Below, one piece after another: positions 27,622 to 41,740 of a stretch of 64,000 bases of DNA; positions within the stretch are counted from its first letter, which is position 1; each line of letters starts with the position of its first letter. Both the position numbers and the translations under genes were made by a program. The stretch comes from the human T2T-CHM13v2.0 reference genome, Homo sapiens. The DNA lies in NCBI RefSeq assembly GCF_009914755.1, contig NC_060925.1; one strand, given 5' to 3'. The notes under the pieces are model-generated. The model saw only the letters and a program-made list of their open reading frames with translations. It was not told the origin of the DNA and did not search any database.

Positions 27622-27948
27622 ATTCATTCTGGTTATAAAAACAACAAAAGCATACATCTCTGCATATACAAAAAGAAAAACTGTCATAAAAGTTTAGAGT
27701 TTACCACGGGGTAAAACAAAAAATACAGTTCCATAGATTGACAGTCTAATGAGATCTCAGGTTTAACCCATATAAAGAGGTAAAGTATCTGCCAGGTTAT
27801 GCTAAGTCAATGAATCAGCTTTGTTATACTTTACTTGTTTGAAATTTTTTTTAAAAACTACCTGTTTTTTTAAAATTTCGTCTATTATTTGCATTCTAAC
27901 AAAGTTGCAAAATGAGTAGTTTTTAACATTAAATTTTTATTTTATTAA

Positions 27949-29403
<1,455 letters not shown>

Positions 29404-29939
29404 AAAATCATTTTATATATCAAATAAACAAATTTCTTCATTTTTCGTTTTTAAATATATAATATAAATATATTCTTTGATACTCTTTTACATTTATTGA
29501 CTTTCTTTCCAAAGCCTATCTATCTATGATAATTTGGTCACAAAATTCTTAGCCAAGAAACAAATTTTACTTTCACCTATGCACCAATAGGTAATACAGA
29601 ATGTGAGATTTGTTGTGAGAGCATAATATAAATATGCAATGATGGTGTAAAGTTGTGACTGAAAATATTATAATCAATACTATTGTGCACTGACAAAGAT
29701 ATTTTGCTTCTGTTTTAGACAAAATTATATTCAATAACCATCAATAAAATATGCCAAAAGGCATACATTTTAAAATGAAATACTTATCTGTTCCTTGACA
29801 AAGAAAATTACTTTCCATTACCTATGAGGAAATGCCTATTTTGTGAAGGGCAACATAAAATAAAATAAAAAAATCTATTTACAAATAGAAGATATTATTG
29901 GACCCGCAAAGAAGTAGAAAGAGTATTGTTCATAGAAGC

Positions 29940-30240
29940 CATTAAACTTAAGTTCTAGGCCACTTACTAGTTATTCATCTTAGGCAAGTCATCTAATTTT
30001 TCAACACATGATACCTTATCAGAAAACAAAATAAAACAAAAATACTAGTTAATATACACTTAGAGCTGCTATAGTTTTTAAAAAATCCACTCACATAATA
30101 TCTCATTTCATTCTACTTCTGTTGAAGTACTATTATTTTCTCAATTTTACAGATAAGAAAATTGAAGTGTATACAGTTTTAGTAATTTTTCTAAAGCCCC
30201 ATAGAAATGTAGGGACAGAATCAGGTTTTCGGACTATTAG
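29940..30240. mobile_element. Two adjacent MIR fragments in opposite orientation
   Basis: cttaggcaagtcatctaa (+) then ttttacagataagaaaattgaag (-). Confidence 0.55.
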
Positions 30241-30273
30241 GATTATTTATCCCTACTTAACAACCTTCCCTTA

Positions 30274-30612
30274 TGTGTTAGTCTGTTCTCACGCCGTTAG
30301 GAAGAACTGCCTGACTCTGGGTAACTTATAAAGAAAAGAGGTTCAGTTGACTCACAGTTTCTCATGTCTGGAGAGGCCTCAGAAAACACAATCATGGCGG
30401 AAGGCACTTCTTCACAGGTTAGCAGGCGACAGAACGAGTGCCAGCGGGGGAAAATGGCAGACACTTATAAGACCATCAGATCTCGTGAGAACTCACTCTT
30501 TATCAGGAGAACAGCATGGGGGAAACCGCCTCCATGATTCAATTACCTCCCACTGGCTCCCTCCCGCAACACATGGGCATTATGGGAACTACAATTCAGC
30601 CAAACCATATCA
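30274..30612 (-). mobile_element. THE1C solo LTR with perfect 5-bp TSD
   Basis: TG…CA termini; ggaaggcacttcttcacagg of THE1C type; TSD CCTTA at 30269-30273 and 30613-30617. Confidence 0.9.
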
Positions 30613-30659
30613 CCTTAGCCCCATGTGAATCCAATAAGTTAAAAGAAAAACTCTTTTGT

Positions 30660-31111
30660 TATTGTTCCTGCTTTGGTCCCTTGATTAGCATCAGCTGTTC
30701 CACATGACGTCAGCTAGTGCTATAAGCATCAGGTGCTCAGGTGCCTGTTAAGTTTGTAATATCAAAGACGGTTCACCTGTGTAACAGAGTTGATGTTGTC
30801 TGTTGATTGATCATTTTTCTTGAGCTGTAAGACAGTGATTACACATGGTTTCTCCATATGGTTCAGGCTTTTCAGCATGGTAGTTGTTTGCAAAAGGAAG
30901 ATTCACAAAAGCAAAAGTTCTAAAAGACCAAGAAAGAAGCTGCAGGACCTTTTTTATGATCTAGATTAGCTGTGAGACAAAGCAATGTCATTCTACTGCA
31001 TTTTATTGGTTACAGAGAAGCAGCCTGGATTTAATGTGGAGGGAAGCTACCTTGGCATGAACACCTGGAGACTGGAATTATTACGGGAAAATTTTGGAAT
31101 CTAGTTACCAC
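30660..31111 (-). mobile_element. Old MLT1 (H/J-like) LTR
   Basis: gaagctgcaggacc…atgatctag…gtcattctactgcattttattggttac…ctagttaccaca end. Confidence 0.7.
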
Positions 31112-31329
31112 ATTGACTACAAAGCTACTGCATCAAATTATCTTTGTATGATGGTATCTGCCTCAATTATTTCAAGTGTGGTTACTGAATATAAAATGGA
31201 AAACAATTAATACCAGAATCATATATCTCTGTCCACTAAACTAGAGTACTCTGACCATATGACATGCTTATAGGAATCTAAAGTAAATTATTTTCTTTCC
31301 ACATGTATCTTTCTACTAAAAACACCTTA

Positions 31330-31600
31330 TACCTAAAACAGAGTGAAGATGTAGATTTCGATGTCAGTTTGACTTATGTTAAAATCCTGACTCTACCAAT
31401 TACAAACTATGTAACATTGATATAATAATTGATAATGTTATAGGGTTTCAGTATACTTGCTAATAAATAGAGAATCATAAAAATTAGATATAAAGTAGCT
31501 ACTTCTTTTGTTGGTTGTGAAGACTAAATAATATAGTGCATTAAGAATACTTAGTATGAGACCTGAAAAGTAGTAGTTAAATATATGGCAGCTACTTTTA
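31330..31600 (+). mobile_element. MIR
   Basis: aaatcctgactctacca…tatgtaacattg…gtttcagt…ttgtgaagactaaat. Confidence 0.55.
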
Positions 31601-32049
31601 TTATATACAGCCAGCAATTTAATGTAGCAAATATAAATTTTAGAGTATAAACATAGTGAACAGAAAATGTAACTTTTTTTCTTCATAATAAAATTTAATT
31701 TCTAGTTCATGACTCTATTTTACAAAGGGTAGTTTTATCTTGGTCACCCCAAGGAAATTTCAATTAATTTATAGCCTTTCCACCTTTCTCTAAGATAGTC
31801 TCAGTGGGTTGTACAAGGAAATCTCAGATAACCTTGGGAATATTGAAGAGCAGAGAATTCTGTGCTGTGTTCCCAATGGGATCCTGGGAAAATGTTTTAA
31901 AATGCCCAATTTTTCTCGTTCCTAGCATGTGGCACACATGGGACAAAAATCCTTAAGTTTTACCTGTTACCTCATGATTCCAGGTTGTTTTAGAAAGAGC
32001 AAATGTTTCCCAAGTGCCAGGGAGTGGTAAGTTGGTAGCTGAGAGGGAA

Positions 32050-32070
32050 AACAACAACAACAACAACAAC

Positions 32071-32101
<31 letters not shown>
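32050..32101. repeat. (AAC)n(AAAAC)n microsatellite
   Basis: Directly visible. Confidence 0.95.
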
Positions 32102-34129
32102 CACCAGGAAAGGGCTTGCATTTAGGTTCAGTGTGTTGCAACAGTGCTGCAACCTAAAAGAGGACATCTTAACAGATGATGACATGGCCATGTGATGGAA
32201 GCCTAAAGGCCATCCATTGCCCATTGCCCCGTCCTTTACCACTGCTAGAGCTCCCTAGAACCAAAGATAGAATCTTGGGAAACAGAGTGGGCAAGGCAAT
32301 ACAATAAATTGATGGGGATTATAATTCTTTCCTTCATTAGAATAATATTTTTGAAAAATAATTTTCATTCAATTATAGAGAGAATGTAACATGTTTATAC
32401 TTGAATTACTTGCTGAGATTTGCATCAGGTGCATATGCATCGAAAAGAAAGATAATTACAAAGAGTTTCCCAGTTATTTTTTTGTTACATTTCAAGTCAT
32501 AGTTCTGCTATCATATATGGAAACCTTTATCATCAGCCTACCATAATATCGGTTTAAAGACTCATTCTTATTGTTAGATAAATTAGCTTGTGGGTATAAT
32601 TGGGTATGCACTATATTGGACATTCCAGATTACTTCCATGTGTAACTTTATGAAAATCTATGTTAAGTTTAAATCTGTTTTTTTTTTTTTATTTGAGATA
32701 GGTTGTTGGAATTATCAGAAAATAAAATGAAATATAGTGACAGAGTGTAAATCACATAAGTAGAGATCACTTATGTACAGGATATAAAAACTTCCTAGAG
32801 TCTACAGAGATCTTCCTGGCAGCTGCTCAAAAGCCCATTTTCAAGTATGAAGGACAGAAATATTCACTTCTAATGAGTTTTTATTTGTCCTGCTATGGCA
32901 TGGGACTTAAGATCTCAAAACAACTGGGCCGCTGTGAATTAATATATCATTTTCTCCTGTTTTCTATGTAGCACAGTGTTGAGTTTATATAGCACCATGT
33001 CAAACTTCATAAATCAACTTCTGAGACAGAGGATAAACAGCCACATAACAAAAACCATGTGGACAAATGCTTGAGCTCACAAGTCACAGCTCACTGAGCA
33101 GCTTTCCCAAAAGCATCTACCTCAGTTCCTGACAGTGACTTGCCCAGAAAATGCTGCATTTTGCTTCTCTGTTTTCACCAAACTCACCCAGGCTGATGAC
33201 ATGCAATCAAAGCTTCAAAAACAAATCAATGAGTGCCTTACGTTCCGAGGTCTTTGTTCTTATCTGGCAAGCAGTGACAATGACAATGGATCCAGTACCT
33301 TATGCATGGTGTAGCATGGCCAAACCACTTGTGTTTTTTGTTTTAGTGCTTCACTGAACAGGATCTAGCATAATTTTTCTAAGTCAGTATGAAGTGTCTC
33401 TTGTTGGAATATTGTGAAAATTGCACTCTTTTCAGTCACTTTGCAATCAGTTCTTATGAAACTGCAGGGGGAAACAGTGAACTGCTCCTGAAAATTTAAA
33501 TTCACCATGTAAACCTTGACTTGCTATGGAAATAAGTTGACTAACACTCCTGGCCCATAGTAGCAAAGAGGGATACTAGTTGTACTGTACTTTATCAAAC
33601 GAATTCCTTTGGCTGTTTGGCCACAGAAATGAAAACAATTCTATTTCAGCTAAAATTTTAGAGTTTCCAAAAAGAAAATAATCTGGAGATCCATTCTCAA
33701 TAGTCACCATTACCCTCTTTATTTTCCTTAATGATCAGTGGATACTCTCTACCTTAAGACTTATCCATAGTATACTGAGGGTTTTATTAATATTTTTCAC
33801 TTATATTGACTTTTTTGCTCTTAATATCAAGTGTGATTCTCCCTAGAAAGACTGGTTTTGGAAGGACACCTCATGTATCTTTCTCTTTAATAGTGCATCT
33901 CCATTACTCTGTGTAACTTTTCTTTAGTGTACAAGTTTAACTATGATGTAACTAAAGGTGAGCAATAATAACAGCCATATCTAATATGCTCTTATCTACA
34001 GATTAGTAACCTTATTCCACTTCAAAGAAGAGAATGTTCTGCAAGAGAAACAGAGAGTGTGAACACATCTTATGGTGAAATGTTTGTTCTCTTTCTTGAT
34101 AATTTAAGGGTACAGCATAAAAAAATAGA

Positions 34130-34340
34130 TAACTTTTGAGTATGTTTATATGGTAGGTACAATTCCAAGTTACTTATCTCATTTTTTAAATTCTCCAGAA
34201 TATCCTATAAACTAGACACTACTATGATGTCCATTATATTACTGAATAAAGGTGTAAAAGGTTATTTACCAAAGGTTACATAACAAATGGTAGGGCCAAG
34301 ATTCAAACACAGGATGCCTAGTTTCTGAATCCTTTATTAT
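34130..34340 (-). mobile_element. MIR
   Basis: tttaccaaaggttacataac…gggccaagattcaaacacagg. Confidence 0.6.
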
Positions 34341-34409
34341 ATTCACTAGTGTGGTTTACAGTCAGACAACTGTAATAGATGTTTTTGTTGTTGTTGCTCT
34401 TAAAAGTTA

Positions 34410-35420
34410 ACAGAGGGGAGCTCAGCTCCTTAATGGCAGAGTGAAGACTTTGTTCAGCTCATTCTCCCTGTAAAATAATAAAAATATAGGCAAAATAACT
34501 AAAATCTTTTATTTTATAATTCTGGCATTTAGCTAAAACCACAGAACAAACTGAAAATTGCCTATCCAAGTGACTCTACCGTTAAGTCATTAAACTGGCG
34601 CGGTCAGTGATTTTTCACACTGGGGCTATTCCCATCCCTTCTCTACCTTGCTCACTGGTGCAGTAAGTAACCTAAAGCCAGTGGCACTGTAGACAGTGGA
34701 AATATTTGCCCACATTTGGAACTCTGTGAAAAGCACCATTCCAAGAGCACAGTCAATATTTTGTCCTAACTTGTCCCTTGGGATCACTATTCTTAGAGTG
34801 TGGTGGCTATTTGATTTGACTCAGAGTTGTGCTTAGTTGGGGGCTCAAAGAACTCCAAGTAGGATAATCCCAAAGAAATAGACATCTAGACACATCACAG
34901 CCAAATTGTCAAAAGTCAGGCACAAAGAAAAAAAATTTAAAGCAGCAAGAGAAAAATGATTTATCACATACAAAAACCTTCAAACTAAAGGCTGACCTCG
35001 CTAGAAACCACAGAAGACAGTGGAAGAACATCTTCAGTGGTGACAGAAAAAGAATGTCAACTAATCTAACCTCTCCTTCAAAACAAAGAGAAAATTAAAC
35101 ATTTCCAGATAAATGAGAACTGAAAAAGTTTATTGCTAGCAGATTTGTCCTACAAGAAAGAAAATTTTGGGAGTGTAAATAAAGTATACTAAAAGGTAAT
35201 TTGAATCCACATGAAGAAATAAAGAGTACTGATGAAGGAAACTACAGAAGTAAATATTTTACAAAGTAAACATGTATTTTTGTATGTAACACATCTTTTA
35301 TCTATCTTAAATGACATTATATAAAGCAACAGTTATAAAAGTTTGCTCGGATTATAGCATAAAAAGATGGATTTTGTATGACAATAACAATCCAAAGAAG
35401 AGGACTGGAATGTGGATTCT
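34410..35420 (+). mobile_element. Old L1M 5' UTR/ORF1 fragments
   Basis: gaactccaagtaggataa…ctagacacatcacagccaaattgtcaaaa…aaagcagcaagagaaaaatga (decayed ORF1). Confidence 0.7.
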
Positions 35421-35429
35421 AGTTACTTT

Positions 35430-36245
35430 TAATATCCAGAGAAGATGTACAAATGGCCAATAAGCATATGAAAAGATGTTCAGAATCATTAGTCATTAGG
35501 GAAATGTAAATCAAACCACAAGAAAATACCACTTCTATTGGTATGGCTAAAATCAAAACACAGGCAATAATAAGTTTGGCTAGAATGTGGAGAAGTTGGA
35601 ACTCTCATACATTGCTGGTAAAAATGGAAAATGAGCAATCATTTTGTATTTTTAAAAATGGTAGTCTCTCAAAATGCTAAAGAGGAGAATTATCATATGA
35701 CCCAGAAGTCATATGATACATAGCTAGGAGAAATAAAATATGCCTAAATAGCAAACTTGTACACAATGTTCACAACATTATTCATAATCTGACAAAGTGG
35801 AAATGACCCAAATATGTACCACCTGATGAATGGATAAACAAAAGTAGTATATTTATGCAATGGAATATTATTTTGCAAAAAGAAAGAAATGAAGTACTGG
35901 GACATATTACCATTTGGATAAACTTAGAATCCATTATACTTACTGAAAGAAGCCAGACAGAAAACACCAACTATTATATGATTTCATTTAAACAAAGTCT
36001 AACACATCCAAATCTATAGATAGAAAATAGAATAGTTGTTGCTTGTTGATGGAGAAAGAGTAGAGGAAGAATGGAGAGTGACCACTTATGGCCTTAGGGT
36101 TTCTTCTTGGCTATTGAAAATATTCTGAAACTAAATTGTGATAATCACTCCACAATTCTGTGAATGTACTCTTTAAAAAACTGAATTCTATACTTCACAT
36201 GACTGGATTTTATGTTATGTGAAATATATCTCAATAAAATTGTAA
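35430..36245 (+). mobile_element. Old L1 (L1MB8/L1ME1-like) ORF2 end and 3' UTR
   Basis: aaatggccaataagcatatgaaaagatgttca…gatgaatggataaacaaaa…atatatctcaataaa. Confidence 0.85.
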
Positions 36246-36877
36246 AAGAGAATGAGAAAAAAAAACACATCAACTGAACAGCAGGGAAAAAGATTAAAGA
36301 TAAGGAGACTTTCTTGGGTGGTTGAAAATTTGTTTGGAGGTTAATAAGTAAAATAGCCAAAAGAAAACCACTTAAAATTCTGGTATCTTCCACATTTGCG
36401 AAATAGCTGGTAGGAACAAACTAATTAGAACCATCTTCATAGTTGATAATTCTATATTTTAAGTCAAGGCATTTGACAATTGCAAATAAAGAGCCTCAGA
36501 ATTTTCTATGATTGATATGTTAGCACAATTACAAGTCCTTTTTCTATCTGTATCCAGACAAGCTTGAGACTTGGACTATTACATGAACAAAAGGCAACAG
36601 TTAGCAACTTAAAACCAAAATAAAGAAGATTTAGACAGGATTGGATAGTAACTTTCTTTGAGTCATTGTTGATTGATTTTTAAGTACTATAATGAGGTTA
36701 AATAAGACACATTTTTTTTAAAAAACTTGCATATTCCTTGACACAGAGTCAAGTAATAGGAAATGATCGCAGAGACATATATTTATTGCTGTTGCTTTAC
36801 TTGTTGTTATTTAACTAGCTAAGCCTTTGTGCCAGACCACTAACCACTATTGCATGTTTTTATTGTCTTTTTTAGAA

Positions 36878-36920
36878 ATATGTATATGTGTGTGTGTGTA
36901 TATATATATATATGTATACA
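36878..36920. repeat. (TG)n(TA)n microsatellite
   Basis: Directly visible. Confidence 0.9.
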
Positions 36921-37889
36921 CTACATTTAATAATTAATTGCAGATCATGCTAAATTACTCATTCAAACTTTTGTTTCTTACAGGATAAAATTTCAAGTAG
37001 GAGGCCCCGGGGTGAAAATTAAAGTCAAAATTGAATTTCTTTTGAATAGGCAGCCACATAAGCTATAATCTAAATATAATGGTGCCACAGCATGGCTCCA
37101 TATTTTCTAAGGGTGTCATATTATACAAGTATACCGTATATCACCCAGTGCTTTCAAATAATAAACCACCTTAGCTACTAAGAAAGCAATAAAGCTTTGA
37201 TAGTTATAATGAATCCTTGAATCCTGAGTGAATTACTGAATGGACACAGGCATTTCAATACCATCGTCTTCCAATTTGGGACAGAGAGAGCATTCACTCA
37301 CGAGGTAAGACTTACATTCTTTACACCTACAAATTATTTTTGTATTTTAGTTTCAGAAGCACATATGTCCAAGCCAATATTATTCAAACTTCTGCCTTTT
37401 TAAAGGCATTTAAAAATATATTTCACCTCAATTTAAAACACACATCATTAATTATAAAGATTAGAAAAGAAGCTAATTCAAAAGAGTGTCATCATATCAG
37501 ATGCATAATTAAGACAAGTTTGTAGTCAAAGAATGGCTACAATACAGCCTCTACAGATAACTGTTTTGTCACGTCTCTTGCTGACCACTGATTTCTTGCC
37601 TTTAGTAGGAATATTTTTCTGGTAATAATAACTCTGAGAAGGATACTCTCTTTTTTTTCTCTGTTTCTTCATACTCTGAATTATCAAGCTAAATACTTGG
37701 CTTTAATGATACTGGCTTATCTTAAGAAGTAAATATTACATAGGTAATATAATTATGCTACAAGGGTACATAGTCTGGATTCAAGTACTGTTTTGTATAT
37801 ATGTAATAACCTAAGCCAAAATATATTTCCAGGTTATTTGACATGTATCATGCTGGTCTAGGAGTAATTCACAAATCTCTCATTCTTTG

Positions 37890-39130
37890 TTTATTCATCC
37901 ATTTACTTGTGCAACAAATATTTAAGTCCACAATATGTGCCAAACCCTGTAATAGATGCTGAAGCAATGGCATAAATCAAAGATATGATCATAGTGATAT
38001 GAAGTTTAAAATCAAGTGATATGTTCAGATATTGAATGAGTAATTACAGCTTTGATGAGTAATATGAAGTATATCCATAGCATATCATGGGAAAATACTA
38101 TAGGGTAGAGGGCTCAAAGGGGACAAGAAATGGTGTTTTCCTAGATGAAGGTCTTAGCATCAATGAGATAAGAGAGAAATAAAAGAAAGATTTGAGCTAT
38201 AATTAAGAAATAAGGCTAACAAAACTTAAACAGACATTTTAAAAATGAATTATTTATTTATTTGAGATGGAGTCTCGCTCTATCGCCCAGGCTGGAGTGC
38301 AGTGGTGCGATCTGCCCACACTGCAACCCTCACATCCCAGGTCAAGCAATTCTCCTGCCCTAGCCTCCCTGGTAGCTGGGATTACAGATGCGCCACAACA
38401 CCCGGCTAATTTTTGTATTTTTAGTACAGACCAGGTTTCCCCATGTTAGCCAGGCTAGTCTGGAACTCCTGGCCTCAAGTGATCTGCCCGCCTTCTGCCT
38501 CCCAAAGTGCTGGGATTACAGGCATGAGCCACTGTGCGCAGCTTTCAACAGAAATTTTTAAAAATGGAAATGGCACAGTAGGGAGAGAAGGGATCACAGT
38601 TGCTGTTACTGGGAGCCAGTATGCTGGCAAACATTATAAATTCCTATTTGTGCATTCTGCACCTGATGTGCCAGAAGTGGGTCTGAGCGGGAACATAAGA
38701 ATCAAGATAACTGGAAGATATTTATATAGTCAAGCCTGAAGTATGGAGAAATTCTGGACTGCAGATATAATTTTGGACCTGCGATTAGGGAAATTTGAAC
38801 TATGAAAGGAGATTAATTCACTCAAGGTAAGTGTATAGAATGGCATACTCTCAGAAATAGGCAAATTTCCTGAGCATACAAGCTTAAGGCAGATAAAAAG
38901 TAGGCTGCGCAGGTGATAAGAAGAAACACTCACAGACACTGGAGTTCTCGAAGTCCATCAAATAGTGTGTTCTAGAAAGAAAAGATTGGTCATTCTTGTT
39001 AAATGTTTACAATAGGGAAATGGAACAGGGAGTGAGTTGTGTTTATTAGAATTGATATGCTACCAAATCAACACTGGAGGAGGTTGTTTCAATAAAGTAA
39101 TGAAGGCAAAAGTAGGATTGCTGTAGATTA
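37890..39130 (-). mobile_element. L2 fragments interrupted by an Alu
   Basis: ttattcatccatttacttgtgcaacaaatatttaag antisense L2 tail, then purine-rich body. Confidence 0.55.
38250..38543 (-). mobile_element. Full-length AluS (Sx/Sz-like)
   Basis: Dimeric Alu with cctcaagtgatc; imperfect flanking duplication aacagacattttaaaaatg / aacagaaatttttaaaaatg. Confidence 0.92.
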
Positions 39131-39689
39131 TAAGCAACCAGATTGGTTTTTTTAACCACACATCTTATTAATCATTCTCTTGCTTTAAAACTGTGGTAGC
39201 TTTCCATTACACATAAAATAAAATATTGCCTCCTTATTATGGCCCCCCAAACTCATCCTAAACCACTGCCTTGTATATAAAATGTTTCTTGCTTACCTCT
39301 TTACATCTCCATAAAACAAAAAACTCTTTACTACATTAAGGCCTTTGAAAATTGCTTTTTTGCTCTCTGAAAGAAAAGGTTGTCAAACTTTCACTTTAGA
39401 GAGTTTTTCTCCTTATTGATTTTAAATAGCTCTTTGTATTGTATATATATTAATTATGTTTCTAATATATGCTTCAACTATTTTTCCAGTGTGTTCGTTA
39501 TATTTTCAAAATGCAAACACTTTCTGAAACCTTTTGACCACCAATAGAAAAATGAGAAAAAACAAATATTCTAACCCACAAAACCCATTTGCTAAGGGCA
39601 AAGTATTGTCCTTTAAATATATAAATGAGATTAGTAGAAACTCAGCTTAAGACTTCCCAGTGGCTGGCCATCATAATTGGGAAAAAAAA

Positions 39690-40080
39690 AAGCCTGCTTA
39701 CAACAGGCCCTAGGAATATAACCCCCTTTATCTCTCTGAATTCTCCTGGTACCAGACTTCCCTGGCTTGTTCCATTCTAGGCACACTGACCATCTCTCCG
39801 TTCCGAAAATATCACAAGTTTGTTTCTGCTTCCAAGTCTGACTTTAATGATCCTTACTAGCTTCTTGTCACTTGGATCTCAGCTCAAATGATAGTACCTC
39901 AAATAACAACCTGTTTATTTTTCCCAGGGCTTTTAATTTCTTTGTCTAGTTTTCTCCTTGACTGTTGGTCCTCCCACCAGAATAAAGTCATAGTTCTGGG
40001 GTTTTGTTTCGTTGACTGATGTAGTTCAAATACATTACTTACACTTGGGGTTTACAATTGTTTCTTGAATAAATGAATTA
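39690..40080 (+). mobile_element. L2 3' fragment
   Basis: ggatctcagctcaaatg…ttcttgaataaatgaat tail. Confidence 0.6.
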
Positions 40081-40869
40081 ATTACTGAGAACATGGATTA
40101 CTGATTAAATTGACGGAATTTCATTGCTTTGTTTTTTGTAAGGTATGAGAGATTTGAGCATTTTCAGTACTGTTGGGAAGCAGCCAATAGTTGAGGACAG
40201 GTTCAATATATAGAAGAGAGAAAGTAAAATTGACAGAATAAAAATCTTTGGAACATTTAAAACACAACACTATTCTCTACAGTAACCTACACTTTCTATT
40301 TATATAAGCTACTCATACTTGCTTTAAGATGATAATTTTTCAAGCCCTGTGGTAACAATTTCAAGACAACAATTGCGTTTTTGAAATATACTATTCTTGG
40401 GAGGAAAAGAACTCAAGAAAAACTGGTGCTTGAAAATGAGGTCAATAAGGAAGACAATTTCAGAATCCTTCACTCGCACTAATATACGTCATTCAGCAAG
40501 AGGCAAATGGGACCAAAGCAATAGCACAGGAATACAGAGAAAATTATTTCTTCAATTTACAAGAGCTACAAGATGTAGGCATATTTCTTTTGTTGACTTT
40601 CTGTACCTCTCATACTGGAACATTGCAAAAGTCTCTTGACTATGCTATAGCTAAACTACATTTCTTAAAGACCAAAAAATGACCCCAAGATTTCTTCAAG
40701 AAACATTTATTGATCTCTGACTCCATTTCATCAACTGTGCCAAGCATTCAAGAGGGATACTTAACAATTTAGCATTATATCAAAAATTGATGCAATGAAA
40801 TAGAAGGGCTTATTTTTTTTTTAGAAGTTAAAGAAAAGGAACAATGATTTTCATAGCTAGACAATTGCA

Positions 40870-41740
40870 TTAACTTCTCAGATGGTCACCTAATTTCAGT
40901 CTTACCTACTCACTTCATAACCCAGAGTTAGCCTTCTCCAAAATAAATTGAATCTTGAATCTAAGTAGCAAACTGACTTCCACCTTCCATTGCCAAAAAC
41001 ATTTCATTGATTCAACAGGATTGATTTCCCATGACCCCAAAGAGTCTTCTTGGTCTGGCTCTTTTCTTTCTCAATTTTATGCAACCCCCCCTCCTAACCA
41101 TGCAGCTTATGTTCTAGCCATGGTAAACTGCTCATATCATTTGAAATAAACCATGCAATCAAGTCTCTGAGGCTTATCACATGTGGTTCCCATATTCTGA
41201 TATTCTAGAGTGTGTTTTTAAAAATACTTTTGACTATTCCTACATATTCCTAGACTAATATCTGTATTTTCACCGTAACTCGACGATTTAGTTGGCCTTC
41301 CTTTCAGTGATTTCTATAATACTCTGAAACAATCACACTGAAATTACCACATTTTACTGTAACTGTTGATATAATTTCCTAAAGGAGTAACGTATGATGG
41401 TGGATTTAAAGATTTTAGAAAAAAACAGACTTAGTTACCAAATGTAGTTTCACTAAGTATTAGATGTGAACCTTTGAGTAAATTATATAGACTTTCTAAG
41501 CTTCCATTTCTTTATCTGAATAGTAGAATTAACAATTCCCAAATAATTAATTTGATGCATTAATTTGTCACAGAACATGGCATGTAATAAGGCATTCAGT
41601 AACAACTCAGTCTGTTTTGATCCCTGCCCCTTTATTCACCACTGATTTTCAAGCTCCTAGAGAATAGTGCCTCTGTCATATGTTCCTCTGTATTCCAAAG
41701 CCTGATATTGTAATATGACAGTTCTCAATGTTATTGAATA
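40870..41740 (+). mobile_element. L2 fragments with nested MIR (~41390-41610)
   Basis: cccagagttagccttc…; tagatgtgaacctttgagtaaattat…ccatttctttatctg (MIR core). Confidence 0.55.

Noticed and set aside
33220-33300. 22-nt - strand micro-exon (…gcttgccag|ATAAGAACAAAGACCTCGGAAC|gtaagg)
   Set aside because: Weak pyrimidine tract and no recognisable peptide; cannot be supported without transcript data.
38267-38739. Alu-derived ORFs (also 42633-43031, 43550-44039, 52896-53087)
   Set aside because: Standard Alu translations ([24 protein letters not shown]), not genes.
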